Shown here: piece after piece, positions 39,900-53,300 of the stretch
How positions within the stretch are numbered: position 1 is the first letter of the stretch
Layout: each line of letters opens with the position of its first letter
Source of the DNA: Hydrolagus colliei
Taxonomy: Eukaryota
DNA length: 64,000 nucleotides
Reading direction: 5' to 3'
Assembly (NCBI GenBank): GCA_035084275.1
Contig: CM068748.1
Span: forward strand, 16,492,001 to 16,556,000
Notes under the pieces: model-generated
What the model was told of the DNA's origin: nothing
Databases searched by the model: none
What the model saw: the letters and a program-made list of their open reading frames with translations, nothing else
Translations under genes and position numbers: made by a program

Positions 39900-40070
39900 A
39901 CCCTGCATTTAAAATAGATCATTTCATAAGGACGTATCAAAGTGCTTCATAGGATTCACTGTAGAATGGCATGACTGTGTATTCTATAGGCAAATGCGAC
40001 AGTCAATTTGCACAGTAATCATCCACAAATAGGCTTGAAGTAACCATTTATTTCTGTGGGGAGGTTGTTG
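39900..40070 (-). mobile_element. SINE 3' half
   Basis: ggacgtatcaaagtgcttcatagg...gactgtgtattc...cagtcaatttgcacag. Confidence 0.65.
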
Positions 40071-40129
40071 AAAATTAATATAGGAAAACTCATATAATTC
40101 TTATCTTCATCAATTGTATAATCGTTTAA

Positions 40130-40270
40130 GCCGTTCATGGCTGCCACATTTTGCCCACAAATATACAGTCAATTCACTTCACAGTATATTCTGTGAAGTG
40201 CTTTGAGATATCTAGAAGACGTGAAAAGCACTATACCAAATGCAAGGATTATTTGTTATTATTATTATAA
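40130..40270 (+). mobile_element. Short SINE 3' half
   Basis: tggctgccacattttgcccacaaatatacagtcaattcac...tctagaagacgtgaaaagcact...aaatgcaaggatt. Confidence 0.85.
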
Positions 40271-40539
40271 TTAACCTGAGTGCCATTTAGTTCCCTATCA
40301 AAACCAATCACACAATTCGTATTAATCATCTCCTAACTCGTAACGCCAGTCCCCTATCTACCTTTACTCCCATACATACCTGCTGCATCGAATCATGGGA
40401 AATGATCGGTCGACATATGAACACTTACCGGCTGGCTGCATTAAATGGATCCGTCGATGCATGTGCAGAAGAACTTCATTTCCTGCCATTCAATGCAATT
40501 CCAGCGCTTGTCGATATTTTCGCAATCAATGACGGGTCA

Positions 40540-40672
40540 AGACAGCACCTCCAACAATGCATGACACTGCATTAAAATGTCAGCCTAGACAATGTGAGTT
40601 CAAACTGCCAACGTGGGCCTTGAACTCACAATCTCCTGACTCAGAGGCAGGAGTGCTACCAACTGAGTCAAG
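40540..40672 (-). mobile_element. Deu-SINE tRNA head and start of core
   Basis: The reverse complement reads tgactcagttggtagcactcctgcctctgagtcaggagattgtgagttcaagg...ggaggtgctgtc. Confidence 0.75.
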
Positions 40673-41616
40673 CTTCTCACGCATAGCTAAAAGAGTTCAA
40701 ACAACTTAGACATGATTCCATTCTCAATGATATCTTGTGTTCAGTGAACCAAGTTCATATTTTGTTTTGCTCATTAGGATGAGAAGATACAGTCCTGGGA
40801 AATTCTGCTGTTATAATGGAGAATTTTACAGGAGTAAAATAAAAGCTATTATTGGCAAGTGAGAATGTTTGCATTTGGGAAGAGACTCAATTCCAGTCAA
40901 ATTTTTTGGCAGCTGTGAAGCACTTTGCCCCCACTGGGAGAAACTGAATGCAATTTCATTTCTAGAATCATAGAACCTCCAGCTCTATTATGTAGCTAGA
41001 GTTTTAATTCAACACACCGCTGCTCCATATGTGGAGTCCCAAGCAAACTAAACTTAAATTTGCCTAGTTCAAAAATATCCCCCAAAACGTTACATGTGGG
41101 ACAAGTAGGGTTTTGGGTGTAAATTCAATGCCTCGCTCCCTCTCGCACAGTAACCATTCTGAATATGATCCTATAGTGGGCATTACCAGTGCAGTAGTAA
41201 AATGAATTACAAAAGAATAAGCAACATACAATGTGTTAGGTCCCAATAGTAATAAAGCCAGAACAGCTTCTTACTGCCTCCGTCTTATGGTTCATTGAGG
41301 TTATCTAGTAACCATTTTAGTTACATGGACCCACCTTTAATCCCCAATGCATTAAATTAGCTAATCTCATCTGCAATGGTGGAAAAATGCTACAGTGTAT
41401 AATATATTCTCCATTTAGGGCCAAGATATCTTAGCTGATGTCAGACTAAAAGTTTCCAATGTTAACTAGAGAATGCACACTTAAAACAAAATGAGGAGGT
41501 CAGAACACAGGTTTCTCAGTTTACATAAAGATTATTTTGTGAGATTCACCAGAAATCTGAATTATTGTACATTCACCCATTCAATTCTTGTCACATACGA
41601 CATCGGCATTTACACA

Positions 41617-42050
41617 TAATAATAATAATCCTTGTACAGTATTTCATGTAGTGTCTTATCACGTCTTCTAGATGTCTCAAAGCACTTCACAGAATACTGT
41701 ATACTGTTAAAAAAATATTGTGGGCGAAACGTGGCAGCCAATTGTGCATAGCAATGTCCCACAAACAGTTGTGGATTGAAGTGACCAATTTTGGGGGGGA
41801 GGGATTATTATGTTTATATATGGGTAAGGAAACTGGCCTAAGATTTCGCCCTGCTTGCAATTGAACCTAGGTCTCTCGCTTGTCTAGGCCTTTGTGTTTC
41901 ATCCATAAATATACAGTCAATTCACTTTATATTCTATGAAGCGCTTTGAGATATCTAGAAGATGTGAAAAGCACTATATCAAATGTAGGGATTATTACTA
42001 TTATTATTATTGTAAGGCGAGTAATCTAATCACTGAGCTACAGGACTCCA
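41617..42050 (-). mobile_element. Full-length short SINE carrying a nested opposite-strand SINE fragment (41884-42009)
   Basis: The outer head is split at ...ctctcgcTTGT / TTGTaaggcgag.... The inner + strand fragment ends in (tta)n. Confidence 0.9.
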
Positions 42051-42721
42051 CATCAATAATTACATCACAATCATTACTGCAGACTGAATTCCTACAAATT
42101 ATGTAATACAGTACTATCAAGATTTGTCTCAAGACCTGCCTCTTTGACAGCGCTTTGAGTCATCTTTCCCTACCCATACCCTTAGCTAGCTCGGATACCC
42201 ACCCAGTACTGTTAAGTGCTTTGGGATGTCCTCCCTACTTGAAAGTCGCTACATAAATGTTAATTTGTATTGCATTGCACAAGGCAACAAGAGTTAACAG
42301 AGATTAGCTGTAAAAAGCAAGTCCTAACCATGCCTCAAATTTGTTGTACTTCAGATACTTTAAACGACTATAATGTTGCACCACTTAAAATGCTAAGTGT
42401 TGACCGAGTAGATGAGTCATGAAAACTGCTAGACCAAGATAATTTTTTTAAACTACTTTTAATTGCAGAATAAAAAAGTAAAATAAGTTAGAACCCACAG
42501 TCCTTAGACTTTGCAAATTGGCAAAGTGCCACAATTGCTGTTAATTTCAAATGTATTTGTTTGGACCAAGTTAAGTCAAATGGCCAAATTCACTGAAAGG
42601 CAGGATATTTCGGGAATTTAGGACATTTTTGACGGATGATGGAAACCCTTCACAATAAAAGTAAATCTGGTGTCAAACTTCTCATTGTTTGACCTTGCAG
42701 GTAGTATACCTTTGCACATTA

Positions 42722-42835
42722 TAATAACAATCCTTGCATTTGTTATAGTGCAGCTATTTTCACATATTCTAGACATCTCAAAGCGCTTCATAGAATATAC
42801 TGTAAAGTGAATTGACTGTATATTTGTGGCCAACA
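42722..42835 (-). mobile_element. Short SINE 3' fragment
   Basis: tccttgcatttg...tctagacatctcaaagcgcttcatagaatatactgtaaagtgaattgactg. Confidence 0.8.
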
Positions 42836-43539
42836 TAACACAATTTAAAGAAAACAAACTGTAAATGCTGCCAACACAAATAGTTTGAGTTAATGTTTCA
42901 CAATGTCCAGATAACTTCCACCCAAAAAATAGCACATACAGTATGGATAATCTTAACTTGGTTTCTTCAGGTTAGAATGATAAAAATAGGCACCTAGCTA
43001 AAGGCAACCCGGCGCCAACAAGATGTTATCTTCACCCTGTGGTAAAACATTAGGGTGCTACTGGCCTGCTAGCCGCCAGAGTAGGTGAGCATCAACTTAA
43101 GAACAAAACAATCATTGTTTCAGAAATGTAAAACATGGTTTCTTAACTTCAGAAGAGAGCCTCGCATTAAACCTACTTTAGATGTGTTTAAACTTTTACT
43201 TAAAATAGAAAGGGGTTGCTCAGAGCTGCATTATCTCCTCTAAGCTCTAAGCTCAGGGATGGGTTTTAAACATTAAAGATCGATAAGGTTTCCACCTCAG
43301 GTCATACTTCAGCACCACCGCTGTGTTGGTCACAGAGTGACAGTGACATTGGCTGGGGAGACATTTGCTATTGTCGACCTTCCTCATCTGTCAAAGAGCA
43401 TAGAATGCAATGACAGAACCTAAAGGAAAGTAAAATGATAATAGATAAACAAGAAGAACTGAAAACATTTTTTTTAAAAAAAGAAGTTGCCTTGAAAGCG
43501 ATTGCAAAGATTGGTTCAGTGTCACTCAGAAAGAAAGCA

Positions 43540-43665
43540 TTTCGCATACAAAATATACAGTCCATTCACTTTATGATATAGACACTTTATAGTATATTCT
43601 GTGAAGCTCTTTAAGACGCTTCGAAGACATGATAAGGCACTGCATCAAATGCAACGATTATTATT
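43540..43665 (+). mobile_element. Short SINE 3' fragment
   Basis: caaaatatacagtccattcactt...ttctgtgaagctc...atcaaatgcaacgattattatt. Confidence 0.75.
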
Positions 43666-43679
43666 TTGAGACCATTGCA

Positions 43680-44960
43680 GACCCTCTGGTTGTCCCCAAA
43701 AACATCGTAAAATACTATACACATGCTTTTATATCTTTCACATTTGTTCTCTTGATGTTTATCCAACTTTCTCTTGACTGTTTCAGCACTGTTGACACCA
43801 CTGTTGAGGCAGATTCTGTTCATCTTAGATGTGAAGCAGCTAAATCCAAATAATTGGTTCAAATTGACCACAGGACTGATGGTACTTTGTTCTGCTTCAG
43901 CATATCTGGGTGTGATTCTCCCTACTCAGGGTGACAAATGCGTCCTTAATGACAATTCCCAACTGCTTGTTGATCGAATTTCATGCATATTTATATACAA
44001 AATACTTTCTGAATGAAATGTCAATCATTCATTCTGACTGTCTGATAGCACAAATGCTCTCTTTTCATCAGCAGCCAAGCAAAATGCATACAGGAGAAAC
44101 TATGGTAATAACTAATTCAGAGAGCTTGATGTAAAATGTCTCAAAACATGGGTGCTGTCCACACATTGGTGTCAATGAACCATGGTTCTTATCACTGCTG
44201 TCACATTGCTGTCAATCCATCATGCTCTCACGTTGATGCAATGCATCACACTCACATTACTATCAATGCGTCAAGACTCTCACATTGCTCCAATGCATCA
44301 TGCCCTCATTTTGCCATCAATGCATTGCCCTCTTGACTGTTTGCTTCACATTGCTTCAATTCACAAGCCAATGACAGACCAAATACAATGGAACAAAAGA
44401 AAGTCTGCAAAATTGTCTCATCCCTCGCTTCAAAAACAAGCCACTTCACACCCACCCACAACAGACCTCCCACAATAAAAAGTGTTAAGTTATTGCCCAT
44501 CAACTGCTCCAACACCAACCTTATTGAAAGAGCACCCAATGCTTGTATTGCTTTATACTACATTGCCAGTTCTTGTAGCCAGTCCAATAGAATGTTTGTT
44601 ATGTCACAATTACAGCTTATCTTGTGTGCTACTTTTCTTCACAAAATTTAGTGTTAACAGACTGGAAGAAAGGAGTTGGATGAGCACCAGACCGCACTGA
44701 TGCCCAAGGCTCAATACTGCAGCCTCACATGCTGTGGGTATAGCTTAAGCACAATGCTTTCAATCAGGCTCTCGATTATGATCTATACCATGTTAAGAGG
44801 TTATCTTGGTAGTATATTTGCCACTCCTTTGCATAAAGCTCCCCCTGAACTGCAGATTCAGTTCCCTAGCCATCAGTAAATTGATCTGGAATCATTTAAG
44901 CACAGAGTGTTGCTAATATTAAATAGGTAATGGGTCCTGCAAACCATCAGAATATCAGAT
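43680..44960 (+). mobile_element. Highly degraded L2 reverse-transcriptase remnants (discontinuous)
   Basis: ctcttgactgtttcagcactgttgacacc resembles 'LLDLSAAFDT'. The segment 44770-44950 resembles the 'IY...LG..I...DI..WM' region. Confidence 0.35.
44201..44362. repeat. Degenerate ~26-27-bp minisatellite (~5-6 units)
   Basis: The unit tcacattgctntcaatgcatcatgctc recurs at ~44201, 44228, 44252, 44280 and 44306. Confidence 0.75.
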
Positions 44961-46029
44961 TTACTGCCAGGTTAACCTGTTACAAGAACTTGCATTCCAT
45001 CGCACGTTTGTATACATCTTGGAAGGCACTCAGAACTGGAGAGAGAGTCTGGACTAATAGATAATGGCAGTATGGTTACCTTACTGACAGAGATTATTTT
45101 GCTATATAAAAATAAACTAAGACATGCAGGGGTTCAATTCCACTAAGAGTGTTTTTTTGCCAAGCCTTTGTCAGACTTCATTATGAACTCCAAAATAAGC
45201 AATACCTGCTGTACTTTTATACCTCTCTCCTGTTACTTCAATGAGTTACATTAGTGTTATTGCCTAAAAACAGCTTGTTGAAAGGTAAACTGGTCACCTT
45301 TTGATCGAAGCTTCTTGAAGAGGAGAAAAAAGGTTTGACTGATTCACAGATAGCTTTACAGTTTTGAGAAAATGCTAGCTTTTCAATATGTTTCTTCTAT
45401 GATCTATGAATGTAAAATAAATTCAGAAATCCTGAACCAAGAAAAAGGGCACTAAAGCTCAAGAGAATAAATGTTGTGACCACTCAGGAACTCGATTCCT
45501 AAGTATCTGATACGTATGAACAAACTTAAAAATACAAATGCTTCATGAATCACAGAATACACATTTAAAACAAACCAGGAAAATAACTTAATTGGCAACT
45601 ATTAATTCTACAGATGAGACCTTGTTATATTGGTAGAGAAAAAAAATCAATCGTCCATTGTTAAATCAAAGGCTAACCAAATAAGGAACTAAGAACTTTG
45701 AGAACATCTATTGGTTACAAGGTTCAGGAAGAGGGTTGTACCATCTTAGAATTTGACCTGCCATATTTCAAAGAGAACGGAAATATATAATTTTCTAGCT
45801 CATTTAAGTCAAGTAATAGAATGAAAAGAGGCTATTGTGACAATGGGCAAATGAGATCAAAGTTTGGGTTGTGTTACTCTGTTGGAGTGAGTAAAGACCT
45901 AGCATTGTGGGATATGATCTGGAATTGCATCGAGACCATGCAAAGCTTTACAGAAATTTGCATCCTGAATATGGCAAACATGGCTTGCAAATGGCTTTCC
46001 ATGATGATAATATTATACTCCTCCCACCA

Positions 46030-46690
46030 CCCCTTTAACTTGAAAGGAAAAGTGAGGCATGCATCATTTCAATTGGTTCATAAAAACTTCTTAAAAATCC
46101 CTTCAAATAAGTTATACGGCATAGTAATTCTGATAAGTGCAAATTTTACAGAGTTGTATGAGGCAAAAAGCTTGGATAATATTTTTTGCAAAACTCGAAA
46201 TACAGGAAAGCATAGGGACCATCCCACACCATACTGATAATATTATGTATTAAACAAAAACCTCTTCAATGACTCTTAATCTTTATCTGCTTCACTGGCC
46301 TTAGTTGAAATAGGCTCAGTTACATTTCCTTGTAGATCTTTACCTAATAAATTATCCATCACTGAGCTTGGGCTGAAGCAATTGCAGGAGAACAACCAGT
46401 TGTCAAATGCACTGACTTAACAAAAAACAGTCATTGAAATTGACAAATCAGTGAACTTTAAGGTTTGGGGGAAAAGGTATTTACTGGTGTCAACACTGCA
46501 AATGACTTTCCACTGTGATCCTATTGCCCTTCCCCCTTAACTTGAAAGGGAAGGTGAGGGATGGATTGTTTAAACTGGATCCCAAAACATTCTTAAACAT
46601 TCTTAATCCTCCCTACAAATGAGGTACACAGCATGGTAGATCTGATGAGTGCAAATTTTACAGTAGTTCTGGGCTAAAAGCATGGGTAAA
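46030..46690 (+). repeat. Diverged ~150-bp direct repeat pair (46030-46180 and 46532-46690)
   Basis: Shared collinear blocks: ttaacttgaaagg.a.gtgagg, ttcttaa, tctgat.agtgcaaattt(t)tacag and aaaagc.tgg.taa. Confidence 0.8.
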
Positions 46691-47399
46691 ATACACTTCT
46701 TAAAAGTCACGCATTTTATTTAACAGATGGTATCCTGGGTGAAATTAGCTGGACTTTGGAGCATTACAGTAACTAAAGAGTAACAGACAAAGATGATGGG
46801 CATATGTTTAAAAAGGCCCCTTCAGCCAGGTAAATCTGAAGGTGGAAGTTTCTCCAGTTTAGATCAGTGTACAGAGCTTGGTGAACACCAGTATGACTAA
46901 AAATGGCTAGATTCACACTCAATAAATTTACTTTGGGAGATGCCAGACAGAAATAGACACATTCAATCACGTGCCATGGCCCCTTCCAAGTATTCAAAAT
47001 TATTGGCAGCGCATCTGCAGCATATGTCCAATGTTGAGGATTGTTCTATTCCAGAGAATCAACAGTGATTTTTATTGGAAGATTTTTATAACTTCCATTT
47101 CACTGCTGAAAAACACTGGTTTGACACTTGCCAAAGCAGTTTTTCTTGTATGATGGAAAGGACCTCCTCTGCCTTTGGAGGAATAAATCACTTTTCTGAA
47201 ACAATCTTTTGCAAATAGATATTGTTAAAGGCCCATATGGGTTATTGACCTTCCTTGAGAAATAGTACACTGTCATAGCTTTTTTTTAAAAAAAAATCAC
47301 AGTTCCTGCATTGTGTCCTCTCTTCTTCCAAGGCAGAGAATCATGCTGGGGTACATGTGAATGAACATTGTCTACAATTAGAAAGGATGGACAAGCCAA

Positions 47400-47582
47400 A
47401 TAATAAAATTGGTCATTTTTCAATCCACGACTGTTTCTGGGACACAGCTGTGCACAATTGGCTGCCACATTTCGCCCACAAATATACAGTCAATTCACCC
47501 TACAGTATATTCTTGAAGTGCTTTGAGATATCTAGAAGACATAAAAAGCGATATATCAAATGCACGGATTATTATTATTATG
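47400..47582 (+). mobile_element. Short SINE 3' two-thirds
   Basis: aattggtca...caatccacgactgtt...caattggctgccacatttcgcccac...tctagaagac...(tta)n. Confidence 0.88.
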
Positions 47583-47689
47583 CACATACACACCCACACC
47601 ACTCCCACACATACATGTACGCATACAGTCAAATCTTGCTGGATTCTGTACAGCAGAAATAATCATGGATGATTATCTTTTTCCTAGCC

Positions 47690-47840
47690 TGGAAGCATCG
47701 ATTGCAATTGTTATAATCTTGCAGCTCCCATCATAGAGTTTAGTCAATTCAGCACAGATCAGGAATCAAATTGGAAATCTTCTGGGCTGTATGGTTCAGA
47801 TCGGCAAAAGGTGATTCATTACATCCAATCAGCCATCAGT
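47690..47840 (-). mobile_element. Ancient SINE head (family of 1975-2365)
   Basis: aattcagcacagatcaggaatcaaa...cttctgggctgtatggttcag is the antisense of the head at 2015-2070. Confidence 0.5.
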
Positions 47841-50089
47841 TGAGCCTCAACATAGCTAATCATATCAATAACAGACAAGCAAGATGCAGGACCCCATTGC
47901 AACAATACAAATTGACATTAATACATCATCTTTCACATTGAGAGGACGTCCCAAGGCGCTTAAAGGTGTTATTATTTACTGATAATGAAAGAATGGTTCT
48001 TAATTATTCCATTACTTCAATATAAGGTTTGTGGACAATGTAGCGATAATTCCAAAGGCTACATTTTAAATTGTAAAATGTTCCCCTATGTTCATGCAAA
48101 GGACTGAAACAGTAAATACCTCTTTCATCTTGCCATATCAAAATACTGCCATGAATAACAAATTGAGGAGACGTGCGTAGTGCACCCATCTTTGCCAACC
48201 CAATCTGCAATCTTGAAGGCTACAATTGTGACTTCTTGTATTTCGGAGAAACTAAGATCTCAAAACTCTTCATAACAATTGTATGACTACTCACAGTGTG
48301 GGATAAATTTAGGTTATTTACTTTAGTGTACAGAAGACATCAATCTTGAAATGAAGATATATTCCACAGGAGAGCTAGTGGCGGCATTATTCAAAAAAAA
48401 TTCACAAATGCCTCTCCATTTAAGGTCCCCTTTCAGGCAGTTCAATATGAGCATTTTCATGTTCTTTCTACACTGCATGAACAGACCTCTGAATCTTCAG
48501 AACTTTTCAAGACCTCAGAACCTTTCAAGAACACCATTATTGGGTTATCAACAATTCGATAAATTGATATTTTACCTTTCAAAGGTAAAGGCAGCAGTGA
48601 AACTTGTCACAAAACTCTGCATTCAAGTTAATCGAACCAGTATGACGGTCAAATTTACAGAGCAAACCAGTTTTCATTTGTTGGCTCCCTCTACTCCCCA
48701 TAATGGCACTCAAATATGTTTGGTAACACCATGGTTTCTGTCTGATCTGTAAGGAACACTTGCAGCCAAATGGTTGAGAGAGTCTCAAAGCATCTTTTTG
48801 TGTGAGCATAATTTTTTTTTTCCATTCCACCCTCCATTCCCCTATACTTGCACTAAGCCAAGTACTTCCTATGCCCAAGAGATTGGACAAGGGATCAAGT
48901 GCTCCATCATACACAAATCAGCAACCCATACATGTGTCTCTCCCTCCAGGTTGTGGAGAAAAACTTGGCCTCTATTACCTCAGTACTGTTGAGATCCAGA
49001 ACGCATCTGAAGGAGATTTCAAATGCTGTATCTATCATTCGCATGATTATTTTTTCCCTTCCCACACTACATATGTCAACAGTTGATTAAGTGACTATAC
49101 GGCAGGCTTTGTACTCAAACAAACAACATTTTTTTTAAAAATTGTTCCAAACTTCCAAAATGGACTAAGTTTTAACACATGGAAACATTCAAGAAAAAAA
49201 ACTTTTGTGCAGATTAAAAAAGAGACAGAAAATATTAAATGGAAAAGAACAACTCGTGCACAGGAAGCTTTTTTCCCATTGACATCAAATTATACATTTG
49301 CATTTACAGTATTTTAGTGGATTAGGAATTTGACAGTAATAAAACAATTCTGGATTTGTTTGCTGATTTAATATTTCTGATCAGTGTCACAGTGCATGAG
49401 CTGAAAATGTGTGTATATAGTCAACTCCCAGAGACAAGCACCACCCATAGGAATTGATCTTGCACCAAACAAATAGTTATTATTTAGCCATCCAACATGT
49501 TAGACAAATATTATGTGGCCTTGATTACTGTGAGAAGGTGTGGGAATAATCTGTCTTTATTTGGCTTAGCTCATTAAATAGTATCTCCTGTCTAACCAGA
49601 AAATGCCACTGACTGTTGCTGTGGAGAACTCCGCAACCACTTGCTCTTGGGTAGACACAGGATATGTTGTGGCAAACAGGCCACAAGTGGGAGAAGGAGA
49701 GGTAGAGAAATGAAAGAATGTACATTAAGTACTGTAATACTGTATCAACATTTTAGAATTTCACTTTGATATTTGCATTTGTACAGTCTAAAATTCTAAC
49801 ATCCATGCCTTCTAGGTCACTCTCTTCCACAACTCCCTCTCCGTTATCCTTGATGCCCTTGCCCCTTAACTCCCTAATTGTCTCCTATTTAGTGGCTTGG
49901 GATGTCCTCCCAGTCCTATAGAAATGTAATTTGCTGCTGCTGTTGTAGTTGAGGATGATAGATTTGAAATTTTAACAACAGTGATGTCCATGGAACTATA
50001 TAAAGGTAAAAAAATGGAAGTCAGTACTTTTAGCCAAAATGGTCTGAAGATATTTACTGGGTCTTTGAACTCAGAATCTAGAATTGAAA

Positions 50090-50396
50090 CTTCACTGCAG
50101 TTTGGGGGAATGTTACATTCTCGGAGGTGTCAACCTGCGGATGATATGTTAAACCATGTTCCTGTCTGCCTGTTCAGGTGGACATCAAAAACCCTATAGT
50201 ACTATTAAAAAAAAGAGAATTTCTCAAGTCTCGTTGGCAATCCACTTGATAAAGTTGTTTTTTCACTTCTTGGCTGTTGTCAGATATTGCCAAAAACTGG
50301 TTGTCATGTTTGCCTACAAATACACAGTCACCACATTCTGTGAAGCACTGTGAGATGTCTCATTGATAAGGTGCTATGTCAAAATTCAAGGATTAT
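50090..50396 (+). mobile_element. Deu-domain SINE
   Basis: ggaggtgtc...cggatgatatgttaaacc...cctgtctgcctgttcaggtggacatcaaaaaccc, with tail ttctgtgaagcac...caaggattat. Confidence 0.8.
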
Positions 50397-53300
50397 CACA
50401 CAACAAACAAATTATATTTGTATAGTGCCTTTCACGTCGCAAAGCTATATTGCTTAACATTTGTTTTGTCTGGAAACACATATGATTTGAATAGGTTAAT
50501 TCAAAACAAAGATCCAATTTTCATATTTTTAAAAAAAAATTAAACCCACCAAGTTTATTCCTTTCTTATTTTCCAAAGAAGGTACTTGATGGAAGAGTAA
50601 GGAAATAATCCATATCCCACAAATGGTGGGTCGTGGATTGTATCAAAGTTACAATCACTCACAATCATTCACAATATCACACCACAGATGATTCATAAGT
50701 GGTAGAATACAATTAAAACATTTAGGGTAGGAGTGTGTCACTTCAATAAATCCTTTATCCACATTGCTATATATTCTCAAAGTTATTCGATAGCAAACAG
50801 AAGGGTTCTTAAGTATAAATTGATCCAAGGCAATTTGCTCCCTAAACTAAGTGTATTTTATAGCTGAGGCAAATTCAATCTATCCATTGTTTTGGTTGTA
50901 ACAGATTTACAATTATCTATCCAACATCCTTTGAATCTGCAGCAAACCCATTTGACTGTTACCTTACAGGGAGCCCTGGGAAAGTGTGCAGGCTTTGAAG
51001 TTGGGGTTGTTGTGTGCCTCACAAGCATGTGGGCTGTAAGGTCATTTTTAGGTCAGTATAGCAACAGCTCACAGGGTCTGAACACAAATGTGGGATTACT
51101 TCCACATTGTGCGATGAATTAGAAGTTTACATAATCCATACATTTTCAAACCTGCAAATCATATTGGTTGCAAAAATGCGTCAATAAGGTTAGGTAGAAT
51201 TGTGGAAAATTCTTAAATTCAGTCTTGAATGCGTTTAAGTTACAATGGAATTTAAAAGTATTAAAATCAGCAGATAAGCAAGTACAAGTCACGCCGAACA
51301 CTGGGTATTCTAGCCCAAGATACTTGGAAGGATCTCACCTTGCAGTGGTATTCCAGATTAGCATGATGGACATCTGCTCTCTGGCAGGAGTCAATGTTTA
51401 TCAATCCTTTCCGACTAACACACGAGTCGCAGTGTTAAAATAAAAGCAGGGTTGATTATAACAAGCTGTTGAGCTGTGCAGTGAGTGCCTTAGCCATTAA
51501 TGCTAGAGCCTGATTGGGGAGACCATCTTCAGAAGGTGGTCTTGGCAGCACAGTGATTGGCATTGCTGTAGTACAAATCAATTTGGCCTCTGCTCAACAA
51601 ATAATCTCTTGAAGACTTCTTCACGGACTTTTAAGGAACCAATTGTTTTTATTGTCACGTGACTTGTCTGCTCAATAAATCATTTTTAAAGATCAACGCT
51701 GAGTTAGATGACCTCAACCCTGGCGAGAACATGCTTCCTGCCCCGAATTGCATGTGTTCCAGTGGTGTAATGGAAGCATTTGGACCTAAGATCATGAGTA
51801 GCTGAACAGTGCAAAGCTCTGATTCGTGAAACCTAAACAGTGGGCATATTATTCAAAAAGAACCAAGTACAAAAGCGTCAATAAAGTTATTAAAGAAAGA
51901 ATCTCACTATCCATGCATCTCCAGCCCTCTCCCCACCACCCCCCAACACATACACAGATTAGTTCTGATACCATGAAACAGTCCAAAAAACACATATTTG
52001 TTTCAAAATTAAATTCTGTCTTATCTTAAAAAGGTTGAAACTAATACCAAGAATCCAAAATAGATATCACCCGGAACAAAGTCTTAAATTATTAAGGGAT
52101 TTTTAAAATATACGGGCTTCAAAAACAGAAAAAGCTTATCAGTCACACTATCTAGTCTATAAAATATTAACAACCTTTAAAATCCGCCCGTGATCAGGCA
52201 GACTCTGCAGCAACTTGTTCTCAGAAACTTTATAGCTTTCTTAGCTTTAAGGAGCTGTGAGTGATGTTGATATTCCTTTATAAAACCTTAGCAGATTTTT
52301 TTTCAGGCCCCCAGCATTTACAAAGCCAAGACCATCTCCCCAGTCTTGGCACAGAAACCACATCCCATTTCCCAACATATCTGTCTTCACTTGGGCTCAG
52401 CTCTCCAGGGGAAACTGTGCAGGAGACTTATGGAGGAAACGAGCCACAGAACAGAGACGTAAAGAAATTCTTTTCTTCCTTGTCCAACTCCTAACCTTTT
52501 TGGTTTACTTCCAGGGGAAGTTTAAAAAAAAGTATGGTAAGGCATTTCTAAAGATTTCTAATATGTTCCATGCCTCAAAGATACTCTAGCCATTAATCAG
52601 AAGGATGGCTTTGCGTGATAAGGGACATGAACTGGAAGTGCGCCATAAGCTCAGAGACCAGATTTAGCCCCATTGTTACCAGCACTAAAAACTTCAGACT
52701 TTGCAGCATACCTTTAACTCTGCATTATTAGAAAACATCAATCTACTTCATCTTTGAACCTGCTGATACATATGGAAACCCACACATTTAATGCTCCACC
52801 ATTATCAGAGTCGACAAGATAAACGACAACAGGTCAAAACTGACAGCATTTCAAAATCTGCTATCTAGTTGTATTTAATGCAGCGTCTTATTGTTAGGAT
52901 TATTATTATATATCCCATTCTCTTCATCCAAAGTGAGCCCTGTTCAAACCTTACATCAGTTAAAAACACGGTCTCGTTAATTTGTAATTGTGCATTATGG
53001 ATGCATGAAAATACTTTGGTTTGTAATGCTCACGAAGGGCCATTGCCACGTGCCAGATGTGCTGAGAAATATGAGCAGAGTGGTAAACATAAAATATTAA
53101 AATAACTGGGTTTCAAATGTTTGAAAAATGATGTCAGGCTCAATTCAACAAGTGCACAAATGTATTGAAGTTGGACGAATTTAGTGAGTGATAATTGAAA
53201 TCAGGAATTAAATTATTACCAATGACATGTTGCTTAAAATTACTCCTTGTATTTATCTGTTTCTGACTCTGTGACAGCTGGCATCGAACCATCACAAGAG

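Noticed and set aside
48802-49086. ORF with an Ig-like-looking stretch (GLYYLSTVEIQNASEGDFKCCIYH) behind a good acceptor at ~48949
   Set aside because: The N-terminal Cys/Trp strands of an Ig domain are missing, there is no clear donor, and there are no neighbouring exons. Probably chance.
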